Positions 37,901 to 49,732 are shown, counted from the stretch's first letter. The stretch: DNA of 64,000 bases from Eledone cirrhosa (GCA_964016885.1 OZ024741.1:170996001-171060000), one strand, 5' to 3'. Notes: generated from the letters alone by a model not told the origin. Translations and numbers: made by a program.

Positions 37901-38370
37901 GGAGACACGATGTGATGGGCAGGGTGATCCACTGGCACCTGTGCAAAGTAAACAATCTACCACATTCTGAGAAATGGTATGAGCATAGGCCAGAGGCGGT
38001 GATGGAGAACAGTCAGGTGAAGGTGCTGTGGGATTTTAGGATACAGACGGACAAAAAACTGGAACACAATAGACCTGACCTGGTGGTTGTGGACAAAGAA
38101 AAAAGATCGTGCCTGATTGTGGATGTGGCCTGCCCGTTCGACACGAGAGTGCAAGAGAAGGAGAGGGAGAAAATTAACCGATACCAGGACCTAAAGTGGG
38201 AGGTGAAAAGGATTTGGAACTGCCATGAAGTCAAAGTGATCCCGATTGTCATAGGCGCACTGGGGACTATCTCCAAAGGTTTCCAGGGATGGTTAAAGAA
38301 AATCGGCCCCTTCACGCTTTTTGGAACGCTTCAAAAGGCATGCTTGATTGGAACAGCAAGAACCCTCTGA
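34996..38370 (+). CDS. R4/Dong-clade polyprotein: N-terminal Myb-like region, reverse transcriptase, CCHC zinc finger, restriction-like endonuclease (1124 aa)
   Basis: WTKELNRTVMQCY..GYRRRMHNIW, KSPGPDG, YRPITCL, IDYRKAFD, GIFQGDSLSPLLF, FMDD, YKYLG, CRICGEREETVAHIVSEC, RHD, RPDLVVVDKEKRSCLIVDVACP; no internal stop until the last 6 codons. Confidence 0.95.
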   Translation: METRTSCDRLSPNRCPLAQQQEPDCQPNTADVGGRRRRKGARTNWTKELNRTVMQCYLKSNPKERGYRRRMHNIWNEIGLFKLDEQKLAGQARVIRTNGWISELELEELSRENGLEMAGVVCQTSEPAGNEGEEVLRTEEPPEADNDLNTEINNTWNRDTATEEMNADGLGQDSVDILNLVVDELNNDSGRPMNLRFVDRKKLKETTAKVNKVIPYLEARSLHQCNNILKATANTVRKLLGIKARGNNRQERAELWWKKRLSGQIGEMRNDIGKLESLLNGTLKNIGTKNRLEIKYKTRSKKLSIIIEELKQHIVAKSAKIRRYENRVSQYKQNRMFDNNQKMLFGQLEGKERGNDLIPGAEQAKTFWRGIWEQDVRHNAQAGWIETVQREIGEQAQQQTDLSITVETLKGQAKKLTNWKSPGPDGVQGYWIKHLTSLHPKLTAMFNDCLVSGEVPEWLTKGTTVLIMKDRIKGNVVINYRPITCLPVMWKLLTSIVSEEIYHHLHTNNLLPDEQKGCRKKSRGTKDQLLIDKMVMGNCRRRHTDLAMGWIDYRKAFDMVPHSWITKSLEIFRVADNIRQLLGRSMGSWETELTSTGVSLGNVKIKRGIFQGDSLSPLLFVLALMPLTIMLRKVRAGYKLGRGELTINHLLFMDDLKLFGKSEKELDVLVDTVRIFCSDICMQFGIGKCGVIVMRRGRLSRSNGIQIPTGEMIKEIDSEEGYKYLGVLEADGIKNKKMKELLRTEYIRRVRSVLKSHLNSRNAISAVNSRAVSIIRYSAGILRWNVAEQKEMDRKTRKLLTIYNMFHKRSDVDRLYLRRSEGGRGLISIEDCVQMEKNNLYKYVTYSKEPMLRAVLKEGTVGQGIPKEEITSRRKSSLKGKSLHSTFFEKTEFRDPQTWNWLRRGDLKKATEGMLMAAQEQALKTKWLKHHIYKEEASPLCRICGEREETVAHIVSECKHLAQTHYKGWRHDVMGRVIHWHLCKVNNLPHSEKWYEHRPEAVMENSQVKVLWDFRIQTDKKLEHNRPDLVVVDKEKRSCLIVDVACPFDTRVQEKEREKINRYQDLKWEVKRIWNCHEVKVIPIVIGALGTISKGFQGWLKKIGPFTLFGTLQKACLIGTARTL

Positions 38371-38501
38371 TACGTCCTGAATATCTGAGGCTGCAGGTAG
38401 TGGCTTGATATTCAATCCAACGGACTTTCCAGTTAACCAACATCAATGACTGAGATTCAAGGAATAACAATAACAATAATAACAATAATAATAATAAAAA
38501 C

Positions 38502-41500
38502 AGAAGAAGAAGACGCACGTGGTGGATAGAAGGTAATGAAATCGCTCCCGCAAGTTTTTGATTTTTAACATATTTAAATCAATTGTGAAATAACAATTCT
38601 TAGTACAAATGATACATAAAGCACCAGACTCCACTCTCAGAAAATCCGATTCCATAATATCCTGTTATATCGCTGAAATATTCAATTTTGTATTATACAT
38701 TTTATATTCAAAAAAGAAAATGGTTATAAATGGAAGAAAATGCCCCCTGTCTACACTATATAGAACAGCCAAATAACAGGAATTTCACCAACACCACAAA
38801 CTAGATACACCACCTACCCCATCACCCCTCTATGTACACTAAATACAACAGCCAGATAACGGCAATTTCACCACCACCAATCCCAGCATAATAATAATAA
38901 TTACTATTATTATTGTCTCAAGTTTCACAAAATGTTTAATTCCAATATTAAGAAATATGTCAACACATATATTAAACATACGCGACAAACCGCATAGATA
39001 CTCAAATCAAACAAACTACAGTCTATTCAACAAAACTCAGTAACGACGACGCCATCGCTATAGTCACCGCCGCCACCACACCATCCATCTAGCAAAAGAT
39101 ATTAATAGATTGACTTAGTGACCCGGCCACCGGCCAAAGTCAACGACTATGGCACTGCTGGATCCCCCCTTCCCCACCAACAATAGAAAAAGCCCCAGCA
39201 CCACCACCGACATAGCCAACAATAATAACAGGCAACTTCAGCAAAAAGTATATTATATTATTAATAATTTCATTCTTAAGCCACGCAATGCTCACATTAA
39301 GGAACCACTCATGATAATAACAATTTAAAAAAAACAACAAAAAAGAAAACCTCGTGACCAAGAAATACCGGGATGGCGGCCGCCGGGGAATAGCTGTGTC
39401 TCTAGGGGAGGGCGACCACTCTAGTCTTTGTTGACACTCGTCCGAAATGATTACTCCTTGGCGGATAAGGATAAAACGCGACAAAATAAAGTAAATGTCA
39501 AATGATAAAATCTCATACCGGATCGGCCGTCACCCGGGTAAAAAAGGGCCGCGTCCCTCAGAGAGGAACCAGACTGGGGTCGAAAAATCAGCTAATGGTT
39601 CAAACCTTCCCATTACTTCGGAGCTGGAGACCTCCCATAACCGGAATACTCCTACTGTTGGCCCTCCATGCTCACCACCAAGAAATCCAAAGAAAAAGAG
39701 AGAAAAATGGTCAAAGGAAGATAATAAAGAAGTCCTTGAGGCTTTCTACACTGCCATGTCCTACCCATCAAATACATCGAATACAGAACTGACATATATC
39801 AATTGTAAAAAGAAACATCCCGAAAACAGAGGCTATATTGACAGTAACAAACTAGCCAATATACGAAGAAATATTGTAAAAAAAAGTTACTAACTGACAT
39901 AGAAATTGATCAGATCAAGCTATTAGCACAAAGTCAGCGAAGGGAAAATGAAACATGTGTCAGTGAAAACGAGGTAAATTGTAACACTTCGAATCCCAGG
40001 GTTGGGGCGGAATCACTGACAACAGAACAAATTAAAGAAAGGATCGATGAAACTCAAAATGAAACTCAAAATGAAAATCAAAATGAAAACAATGAGATCG
40101 TAAATGATAAAGAAATGAATGAGAATGAACTTGCCAACTTGAAGGATGAAATTATAATCGAATGGATGAAAATGAAAGAATCTGACATGGGGGAAGGAGA
40201 CACCCTCCCTAAGATCCAGAACTCCAAACAGAACCAAAAGATAATACACAAGACTAACATAATTCTCAAAAACATTATCATCACAAACAAACTAAACATT
40301 ACTGATTTAAATCATCTCTATTATGCATCGGCTAAAGTCACCACTCACTTTTGTGGAGTGAAAATGAAAAAACAAAGGAATTCCCACAAGAAATCTACTT
40401 GGCAAGAGAACATCAATCGCCAAATAAACCTTCTCCGATCTGACATAGAAATTTTAACAAACTATAAAGTAGGTGAACATGTTAAACAAACTAAACTTAG
40501 AAAATTGAAAAGAAAGTACAGTATAAAATCAACAAGTGACATAGACATGCTGATAGAAATAATCAAGCAAAAAGTGTCGGCCAAAGCTGCTCGTATAAGG
40601 CGCTTTGAAAAACGATCTAGATTCTATAAGGACAATAATATGTTCAGAAACAACCAAAGAAACTTCTACAGAAAAATTGGTAAGTCAACAATAACTGCTA
40701 AATCAATACCACCCAAGGAGGAAGTGCAAGAATTCTGGGAAAAGATCATAATATACATGCCCCATGGATAGACAGAAATATGAAAGATACAGCTCACCTT
40801 GAGGAACAAATATGGCAAAATATAACAGTTGAACAGTTGCGTTTGGCTCTTAGAAAAACCAGCAAATGGAAATCCCCAGGAAAAGACAAAATAAAAAATG
40901 TTTGGATAAATGCCTTCACAGAGTCTCATGAGCTGTTAGCCCAACTTTACAATGAAATAGTTATGGAGCCAGAAAAGATACCATCATGGCTAGTTAACAG
41001 CATTACATTCCTGCTTCCGAAGAATGATGAGACAAACAATCCCAAAAATTACTGACCGATAACTTGCTTGACCACAATGTATAAAATTTTAACATCAGTC
41101 CTAACTGTATAAACATATGACCACCTGATACCAAATGACCTATTTCCCATTGAGCAGAAAGGGTGTAAACAAGGCTCATATGGCTGTAAGGATCAGCTTT
41201 TGGTTAACAAAATGATACTGGAACATTGTCATAATAGACACAAAAATCTATCAATTGCTTGGATAGATTATAAAAAAGCATTCGATAGTTTGCCACACAG
41301 TTGGATTGAAAAATGTTTAGAAATTTTCAAAATATCTCCCGTTGTCAGGAGGTTTTTGTCATTCAGTATGAAGACATGGAGAACGACACTCCTTTTGAAT
41401 AGTGAAACAAAATCACTGGAAGCTGGAGAAGTTAATATTAATTGTGGAATTTTTCAGGGTGACTCTTTATCACCGCTTTTATTCTGCATTGCACTTATAC

Positions 41501-43266
41501 CATTAAGTAAAATACTCAATGAAACAAAACATGGGTATAAAGTCTATGACAAAACCATTAATCACTTTTTCTACATGGATGACCTGAAACTATTTGCAAA
41601 AAATGATGAACAATTGCAAGGGCTATTATCCACTGTGGAGCAGTTCAGTGATGACATTAAAATGGAGTTTGGACTAGATAAATGCGCCAAAGCAACGTTC
41701 ACCAGAGTAAAGCTGCTGAAAAGTTCAGACATTAATCTTGATCGGGGGAATGTGATAAGAGAACTTGATCAAGAGGAAACTTACAAATATCTAGGTGTTT
41801 GTGAAGGAGACGGAATCAAGCACTCGACAATAAGGGAACGGATAAGGAAGGAATGTTACCGCAGAGTAAGAGCAATCTTAAGAACGGAATTGAATCCAAG
41901 GAATAGGATCGATGCCATAAACACGCTTGCCATACCAGTAGTAACCTACAGTTACAATGTCATCAACTGGTCAAGCACAGAGATCCGTAGGCTCGATACA
42001 AAAATTCGAAAATTCTTAGCCATGCAGAGAATGCATGACCCTAAGGCAGATACAGATAGAATATATCTCCCTAGGAAAGAAGGAGGACGTGGGTTAATCC
42101 AGTTAGACATTGCGTTGAAAACTGCAACAATTGGATTATCTACATATCTAAGGGAATCACATGATTGGATGATCAAACTCGTTTTGAAACACGAAAGCAT
42201 CAAAAGATCATACTCCATTACAAAAAATCTACAAAGATACAGTAATGGACTACAAATTTTAGAAGTCCCATTTACTGCTGAAATGGAAAACACAGAAAAA
42301 GCAAAGCAGATAAAAGTAACTGCAAAGAAAGAACTGCTACAGAAACTGGCTAAGAAATGGCAAGAAAAGCCTCTGTATGGAAAATATCCAGAACGAGTTA
42401 ACAATCCTGATATTGACAAAACTTTAACCCATCAGTGGTTGGCATCCTTTGGACTGAAATCGGAGACTGAAGGACTGATTATATCAGCACAAGATCAGTA
42501 TCTGCCAACAAAAAATTACCAAGCCAACATAATAAAAAATGGATGCAGCCCATTATGCCGTGTATGTAAAAAACAACCAGAGACCATTGACCATATAATT
42601 TCAATGTGTAGTCCTATAGCTCCAACCGAATACCTAAACAGGCATGACAGAGCTGCACAATAATACATTGGATAATGTGTAAGCATTTTGACCTGCCCCA
42701 TCAAAAGAATTGGTCGGAGCATCAACCACCGCCCATACTTGAAAAAGATCACATCTCAAGCTTGTGGAACTTTAGCATCCAAACAGACCGAAAAATAGAT
42801 GCAAATAGACCTGATATAATACTGAAGGACTTTAAAAAGAGGGTATGCCTGCTAATTGATATGTCCGTTCCAATAGACAAGAATGTATCTATAAAAACAT
42901 TTGAAAAATTGAGCAAGTATAAGGGCCTGGAGATAGAAATTGGAAAAATGTGGAAATTGAGAACTAAAACAATACCAGTGGTTGTAGGCGCTCTAGGAAT
43001 GATACCTAAGGGGTCTAATGATTACTTATCGCAAATCCCAGGAAACTCGCTTATAGGAGAAATACAAAAGATAGTACTAATGTGAACTGCCCAAATACTA
43101 AGGAAGATTCTCTCAATATAAGTACATCACAAGTCAAAACACCTAAAGATGCATATGTGTGTATGTTTGTTCTTTCTTGAACATGGCGGACCTTGTTGTC
43201 TCTTGAGGTCACTGGTTGTGACTTGGTGATAACTCATATGAACATAAAGCAAGATAAATGCAGCTG
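38502..43266 (+). mobile_element. R4/Dong-type RLE LINE, second divergent family D2, probably full length with leader
   Basis: Follows the D1 (AAT)n tail, has a leader homologous to the one starting at 33619, a disrupted ORF and an (AAT)n tail at 43267-43290. Confidence 0.85.
39495..43121 (+). pseudogene. disrupted RT-RLE ORF of family D2
   Basis: WSKEDNKEVLEAFY, WKSPGKD, IDYKKAFD, GIFQGDSLSPLLF, YMDD, CRVCKKQPETIDHIISMC, RHD, RPDIILKD; multiple stops. Confidence 0.9.
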
Positions 43267-43290
43267 TAATAATAATAATAATAATAATAA

Positions 43291-43388
43291 TTGTTTCTAC
43301 TTTAGGCACAAGGCCAGCAATTACCCACTGCATTACTGGTACTTTATTTTATCGACCCCGTAAGGATGAAAGGCAAAGTCAACCTCGG
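43291..43388 (-). mobile_element. 5'-truncated SINE S1 inside an (AAT)n tract
   Basis: 3' half of S1 (reverse complement) between two (AAT)n runs. Confidence 0.85.
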
Positions 43389-43465
<77 letters not shown>

Positions 43466-43467
<2 letters not shown>

Positions 43468-43922
43468 AGTCAGGTGAAGGTGCTGTGGGATTTTAGGATA
43501 CAGACGGACAAAAAACTGGAACACAATAGACCTGACCTGGTGGTTGTGGACAAAGAAAAAAGATCGTGCCTGATTGTGGATGTGGCCTGCCCGTTCGACA
43601 CGAGAGTGCAAGAGAAGGAGAGGGAGAAAATTAACCGATACCAGGACCTAAAGTGGGAGGTGAAAAGGATTTGGAACTGCCATGAAGTCAAAGTGATCCC
43701 GATTGTCATAGGCGCACTGGGGACTATCTCCAAAGGTTTCCAGGGATGGTTAAAGAAAATCGGCCCCTTCACGCTTTATGGAACGCTTCAAAAGGCATGC
43801 TTGCTTGGAACGGCAAGAACCCTCCGATACGTCCTGAATATCTGAGGCTGCAGGTAGTGGCTTGATATTCAATCCAACGGACTTTCCAGTTAACCAACAT
43901 CAATGACTGAGATTCAAGGAAT
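43466..43922 (+). mobile_element. short 3' fragment of Dong family D1a
   Basis: RLE coding region to 43845 plus 3' UTR; (AAT)n on both sides. Confidence 0.93.
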
Positions 43923-43931
43923 AACAATAAC

Positions 43932-43967
<36 letters not shown>

Positions 43968-43970
<3 letters not shown>

Positions 43971-44712
43971 GGCTACAGAAGGAATGCTAATGGCTGCGCA
44001 AGAGCCGGCCCTCAAAACGAAGTGGCTAAAATACCATATTTACAAGGAGGAGACTAGCCCACTGTGCAGGACTGTGGAGAGAGAGAGGAGACTGTGGCTC
44101 ACATTGTATCCGAGTGTAAACACCTAGCCCAGACTCACTATAAAGGCTGGAGACATGATGTGATGGGCAGGGTGATCCACTGGCACCTATGCAAAGTAAA
44201 CAATTTACCACATTCTGAGAAGTGGTATGAGCATAAGCCAGAATCGGTGATAGAAAACGATCAGGTGAAGGTGCTATGGGATTTTAGGATACAGACGGAC
44301 AAGAAACTGGAACACAATAGACCTGACCTGGTGGTTTTGGACAAGGAAAAAAGATCATGCCTGATTGTGGATGTGGTCTGCCCATTCGACACGAGAGTGC
44401 AAGAGAAGGAGAGGGAGAAAATTAACCGATACCAGGACTTAAAGTGGGAGGTAAAAAGGATTTGGAACTGCCATGAAGTCAAAGTGATCCCGATTGCCAT
44501 AGGCGCACTAGGTACTATCTCAAGGAGTCTCCAGGGATGGTTAAGGAAAATTAGCCCCTTCACGCTTTTTGGAACGCTTCAAAAGGCATGCTTGCTGGGA
44601 ACAGCAAGAACCCTCCGATACGTCCGGAATATCTGAGGCTGAAGGTAGTGGCTTGATATTCATTTCAACAAACTTTCCACTTAACTAACATCAATGACTG
44701 AGACTCAAAGAA
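43968..44712 (+). mobile_element. 3' fragment of Dong family D1b
   Basis: KATEGMLMAAQE through ...LRYVRNI plus a variant 3' UTR; (AAT)n on both sides. Confidence 0.93.
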
Positions 44713-44713
44713 C

Positions 44714-44783
<70 letters not shown>

Positions 44784-44785
<2 letters not shown>

Positions 44786-44995
44786 TGTTTTTACTTTAGG
44801 CACAAGGCCAGCAATTTGAAGAGCATTGGGACAGTCGATTAAATAGACCTCTGTGCATTACTGGTACTTTATTTTATCGACGCCGGTAAGAATGAAAGGC
44901 AAAGCTAGCCTCTGCGGGATTTGAACTCAGAACGTAAACTGCCGCAACCCTGCCGCAAAGCTTTGTGTCCGACGTCCACTCGATACTGCCAATCC
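44784..44995 (-). mobile_element. SINE S1, diverged longer variant
   Basis: Reverse complement of S1 whose tail is the (AAT)n at 44713-44784. Confidence 0.8.
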
Positions 44996-45099
44996 ATATA
45001 CATTCCAAGGGGTTTCATCCTCACCGTTACTAGTTGTTATATCACTATGACACACACACTAGAAAAAAAAATTGGGCTAATGATGTGGAAAGCACTTTT

Positions 45100-46500
45100 T
45101 CTTTATGGGTGACTTGAAACAGTTTGAGTAGTCTGAAAACTAAATGGTCGGGGATATCGCTATGGAATTTGACATTTCCAAATGCTTTGTACAACATTAA
45201 AAATAGAAGCCAGTCGTCTGTAGTGGATTACGACTGACAGCAGAAGAAACTGTGGGAAACCTAAAGTTAGTAGTTATAAATATTTGGAGATCTTAGAACT
45301 AGATGATATTTTTCACGTAGAAATGAAAGAAATAGTTAATGGGACATATTTAAAAAAAGAATAAAAAAATATTTTAGAAACTAACTTGAATGCGAGAAAT
45401 CTGGTCACTACAATGTATATCTGGGCAGTTGCAGTAGTGGCATATACTGCATCAATTCTCAGACGTACTGAAGAAAAAAATATCATAATTGGATAGATAT
45501 ACGAGAAAGTTAATGACAATATACATAGCTGGACATACTAAAGCAAATATTAATAGAAAATACATGAAGTGAAAGAATGGAGGCCGAAGCCACATCAGTT
45601 TCGATCATTGTATAAGGAGTGAGAGGAGAACGCTTGCAGAACATTTGGTAAAGTGACGAAGAGTCGTTCCAGTATGCAGCATAAGATATGTGTATAAATG
45701 CAATAGAATTGGTTGGAAAGGAAGATTAACCAAAGAATGAAGAGAAAAGAAAAGATCTAGGAATGAGAATGCATGGCCAATGTGAAAGAAATACACAGGA
45801 TATCAAGGATAAATCAACATCGGTGACATGGCTTAAGCAAGGCGATTTGAAACGTGGCACTGAAAGCTGGCAAGACCAAACTCTTGCTATCAATTCAGTG
45901 AAGCATAACATCTACAAAACTTCTGACACCTTGAAATGAAGGTTCTGTGGAAAGAAGACAGAAAATGTATCCTGCTTGATAAGTGGATGTGAGTCTTGCG
46001 TAAAAAGTGTACAAGCGAAGTCATGACAAAGTCTGTATACCTTAATTGGTTTGGTGTCATAAATACCCTCATGAATTCATAGCGAATTGGTATGAGTATG
46101 TACCAGGTAAGGTATGTGCCAAGAGGATGGGAAAGCAATGATATTCTGGAAATATGATTTTCAAACTGATAGCGTAACTGAGCATCGCCGACTGGACATT
46201 GTCGTATTGAACATGAAAGACAAATACTGTCATATCATAGACGTGGTCATACTAAATGACACAAATATTGCGAGTAGAGAGATTGAAAAATATTACCAAG
46301 TACACTGAATTGAAAGTGGATCAAACAAGACTATTTGGAACGCAGGAGAGTTTCAATCCTCTTGAAACTCCAAGATTTCTTAAAGCGACTGGGATTACCA
46401 TGCAGATGCCATAAAAAAAGGCAGAAAAATCTGTCCAGCGATTCTTTTCTGGAGCATTCTAACCCCATGCTCATAGTATCGGAGCTGTGATCTCTCAATC
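45100..46500 (+). mobile_element. very old degenerate R4/Dong-type LINE 3' half
   Basis: Remnant motifs YKYLEILE, LETNLNARNL, WLKQGDLKRGTE and YDFQTDSVTEHRRLDIVVLN..CHIIDV. Confidence 0.7.
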
Positions 46501-46890
46501 CGGACAAGTAGCGGCTCGACTTGGAGTGACTCTCTAAAATAAAAAGTGGTGATCTTCCGTTAGTTGGGATATATAAAATAACTGCCTCAAAATTGAAATT
46601 AAACGAAATAGTTGTTGCCTATGAACTACGTCTAAACGAATATAACATTATGATTTTGTTCCGCTTTAGGTTCCAGTTAGTGATGCAACAATACTTGCAA
46701 CTTCTACAGTACCAATCTTTTCCATCTGAACATTTCTCACAATTGAGAAAACCCATTGTCTAATTTAAAATGTATTATGAAATAATCCGATAGATGCAAG
46801 GCACTCAACAGTAGAATTAATATCAATAATTACCTCGTAAATATCTTGGAGGAAGTAATTCTTTTAAATCAGATCTTCAGTATTAATGGA

Positions 46891-47165
46891 GTGGAGGTCC
46901 GTTGCCTAGCGGTAAGGATGTTGTACTTATGATCATAATCCTGTTGGTTCGATTCCTGGTTTGCATGTTGAGTTCTTGAGCAAAACACTTCATTTCACGT
47001 TGCTCCAGTATACTCAGCTGAAAATGAGTACCAGCAATAGCTGGAGGTTTAACCTTGTAATGGACTGGTGTCCTGTCCAGAAGGGGGAGTCTTGCACTCT
47101 CAGTCGCTTCACGCTATGAAACCGGGATAAGCACCGTCTTCACGACCTTTCTGGCTTAAGACTGT
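46891..47165 (+). mobile_element. SINE S2
   Basis: GGTTCGATTCC B-box followed by TTCTTGAGCAAAACACTTCATTTCACGTTGCTCCAG...AATGAGTACC. Confidence 0.7.
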
Positions 47166-48069
47166 CTTTAGACTTAGTGTTAATGGTTCCCTCTGCCACA
47201 GTTACAACGGCGTTGCGTCGTCAACATTCGGTCACTCATTAATAATATAAATAATTTCGAAAAGAATTCCTTTACTGTCACTTTCATTTCACTGGCGTTT
47301 TGTTTTGTCAATTACAATTTCCTTTCACTTTTTATTGTAAGTCATTTTATATATCTAAACCGAAAGTATAGTATTAAAAGAATACATAGACTGCCAGAGT
47401 AATAATTACAGGTACGTATTAGGTGACAATGTGTTTTACAGGAATTATATCACCTGCATAATCACTTTGGTAATAAGATTTTCATAAAGTTAGGTCACCG
47501 ACTAAATATATTTTGCAGGTGCCCTAATACATTTCTTCCTATTACATAATTTTCAACATCTTTTATTGTTATTTTAACTTCCCTTTTTCTGTTTATCTTT
47601 CTCGTCTAGAATTAAGCATATTTATCTCTAAATGTTGTATTCCTCTATGCCAATTAGCCTTTTGTGTCTTCCTGTCTTTCTAAACCATGCACTATAACGG
47701 TTCGAGTGGAAAGGAATCAGTTCAATTTTCCAATTTAAATATTTTATTTGCTCGTATCTTCTAACACCTATTAATCACCGCCGGAAATACATTATTCGAA
47801 GCTGATAAGAAAATTACAGCATCCGACTACATTTCAACATAGGTCCTGCTTTCTGCATTATTGGAAGCAAATAGGCGAAAGACTTATCACAGCAACAAAT
47901 GTAAATTGGACATTTGTGTAAGTGTATACTTTGCATAAAGCATTCGCGTGCAGTGACATGTCATGTACTTATATGTATGTAACAGTATTGGTATTTATTC
48001 ATATATTTTGACATAGACTCACACACACACATAATATATACGTGATTGTGTGCGGCAGCCCTGGATATA

Positions 48070-48102
<33 letters not shown>

Positions 48103-48229
48103 CTAAGTGTGGTGTGTGTGTGTGTGTAATATGAATGCATGTATAATATTTCTATGTATATATTTGTATATATATATATATGTACGCATATATATATATG
48201 CATATAACTATGTATGAATATACATATGC

Positions 48230-48262
<33 letters not shown>

Positions 48263-48270
48263 AATTTAAA

Positions 48271-49372
48271 TTAGCGAGAATCGTATTTCGGCTATTGGAA
48301 ATTACCGAAAATCAACATACGAGATGTGTGGCAAGCGCTCCATAGAAGCTAGTGAACTAGAGTTACAACATAAGTTAAAAGGCCAAACACACTGAGACGA
48401 TGGTTAAACCATTATCCGCACAGCCATAGAAACGACCAAGTAATTCGGGTCAAACAAATGAAATATGATTGAAAATTATACCCGGAACTCTGGAAGGTTG
48501 GTAAAATCCAGCATTTGGGTTTCTGCAACTCCTAAATCAGGTACTGTCTGCTTAGACAAATAATTGTTTCTACTTTAGGCACAAGGCCAGCAATTACCCA
48601 GTATGACCCTGAATATTTACGACGATTTAAAACCTTTACATTATGGTAAATCAATGTGTTTAAATACACTGACAACGACAGTGAAGCATTATGTTGGTGA
48701 TAACAGAGATATTAACAAGAACAACACACCACCAAAAATACCATCATATATTACAAAAATAGAAGAAAAAAGAAACGATTGCTGACCTACGGAAAAGTAT
48801 AGGATATGTGCCAGTGCTCACCACATGCAAACAAAATAAAACTATAGTCCTCACTATCAGAGCGTAAAAGTTAAGATATAAACGATGTTTGGTGACAATA
48901 CAACCAGAACTCTTCAATATAAGCTGATTACCCTCAAACAAGAATTGAGAGCTGTCAGTGAGATACTTCGATACAAGAAGAGAAAATAATCAATTAAAGC
49001 ATCGCCCAAAGCCATTCATCAGTCTACAGAGGTATGAAGGGCAAAGTAATAAATATCACTGCGGCCCCATCCCCGTAATAGCTTCCCCCCGGGGAAATAT
49101 ATGTAAAACATTCCAAAAACTCTGCATATGATTCCTCTGCATATATACATATATGGGTACAAGTCATATGCACGTGCATTAATTTAACTCAAAGCATACC
49201 GATCCACACATACAATAACATCCATAGCTGCATACACACACACAAACATGCGCACACACGTATGTATTCAGACATGGAAACATATTTACCTAATTGATGT
49301 CTTATTTCCAATGAAACAATCTTGTGTCTATGTTAGAATCCGACTCTCTTTCTATTGGTAAAAGGTTATACA
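48271..49372 (+). mobile_element. internally deleted RLE LINE derivative (5' repeat, N-terminal coding remnant, fused C-terminus and 3' UTR)
   Basis: 48271-48553 is homologous to 58122-58403; 48700-49070 resembles the pre-RT region; ATATGTAAAACATTCCAAAAA and the 3' UTR match the reverse complement of 23385-23635; a short S1 piece lies at 48563-48601. Confidence 0.55.
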
Positions 49373-49375
49373 ATA

Positions 49376-49592
49376 ATTGTTTCTACTTTAGGCACAAGGC
49401 CAGCAATTTTGGGAGTGGGGGAATGTTGATTAAATTTACCCCAGTGCATTACTGGTGCTTTATTTTATCGACCCCGTAAGGATGAAAGGCAAAGTTAGCC
49501 TCAGCGGGATTTAAACTCAGACCGTAAAGAGCCGTAACTCTATGCTGCAAAGCATAGCGTCCGACCCTCTACTAATACTGCCAATCCACCGC
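49376..49592 (-). mobile_element. SINE S1
   Basis: Reverse complement of the S1 consensus. Confidence 0.85.
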
Positions 49593-49696
49593 CCTAAAAG
49601 TTTATACAATAATGAACCAGAACACACATACATATATACACATACACATACATACTTACATACATACACACACACACAATACATACATAAATATAT

Positions 49697-49732
<36 letters not shown>

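Larger units (their letters stand above)
33619..38462 (+). mobile_element. full-length R4/Dong-type RLE non-LTR retrotransposon (family D1a) including a leader of about 1.4 kb
   Basis: Bounded by (AAT)n on both sides, single long ORF, 3' UTR matching the other D1a copies; assignment of the whole leader to the element is inferred. Confidence 0.88.

Noticed and set aside
7413-44784. Repeat-spacer pattern of (AAT)n tracts as a CRISPR-like array
   Set aside because: The spacers are kb-scale retrotransposons in a eukaryotic context, with no cas genes and no fixed-length repeats.
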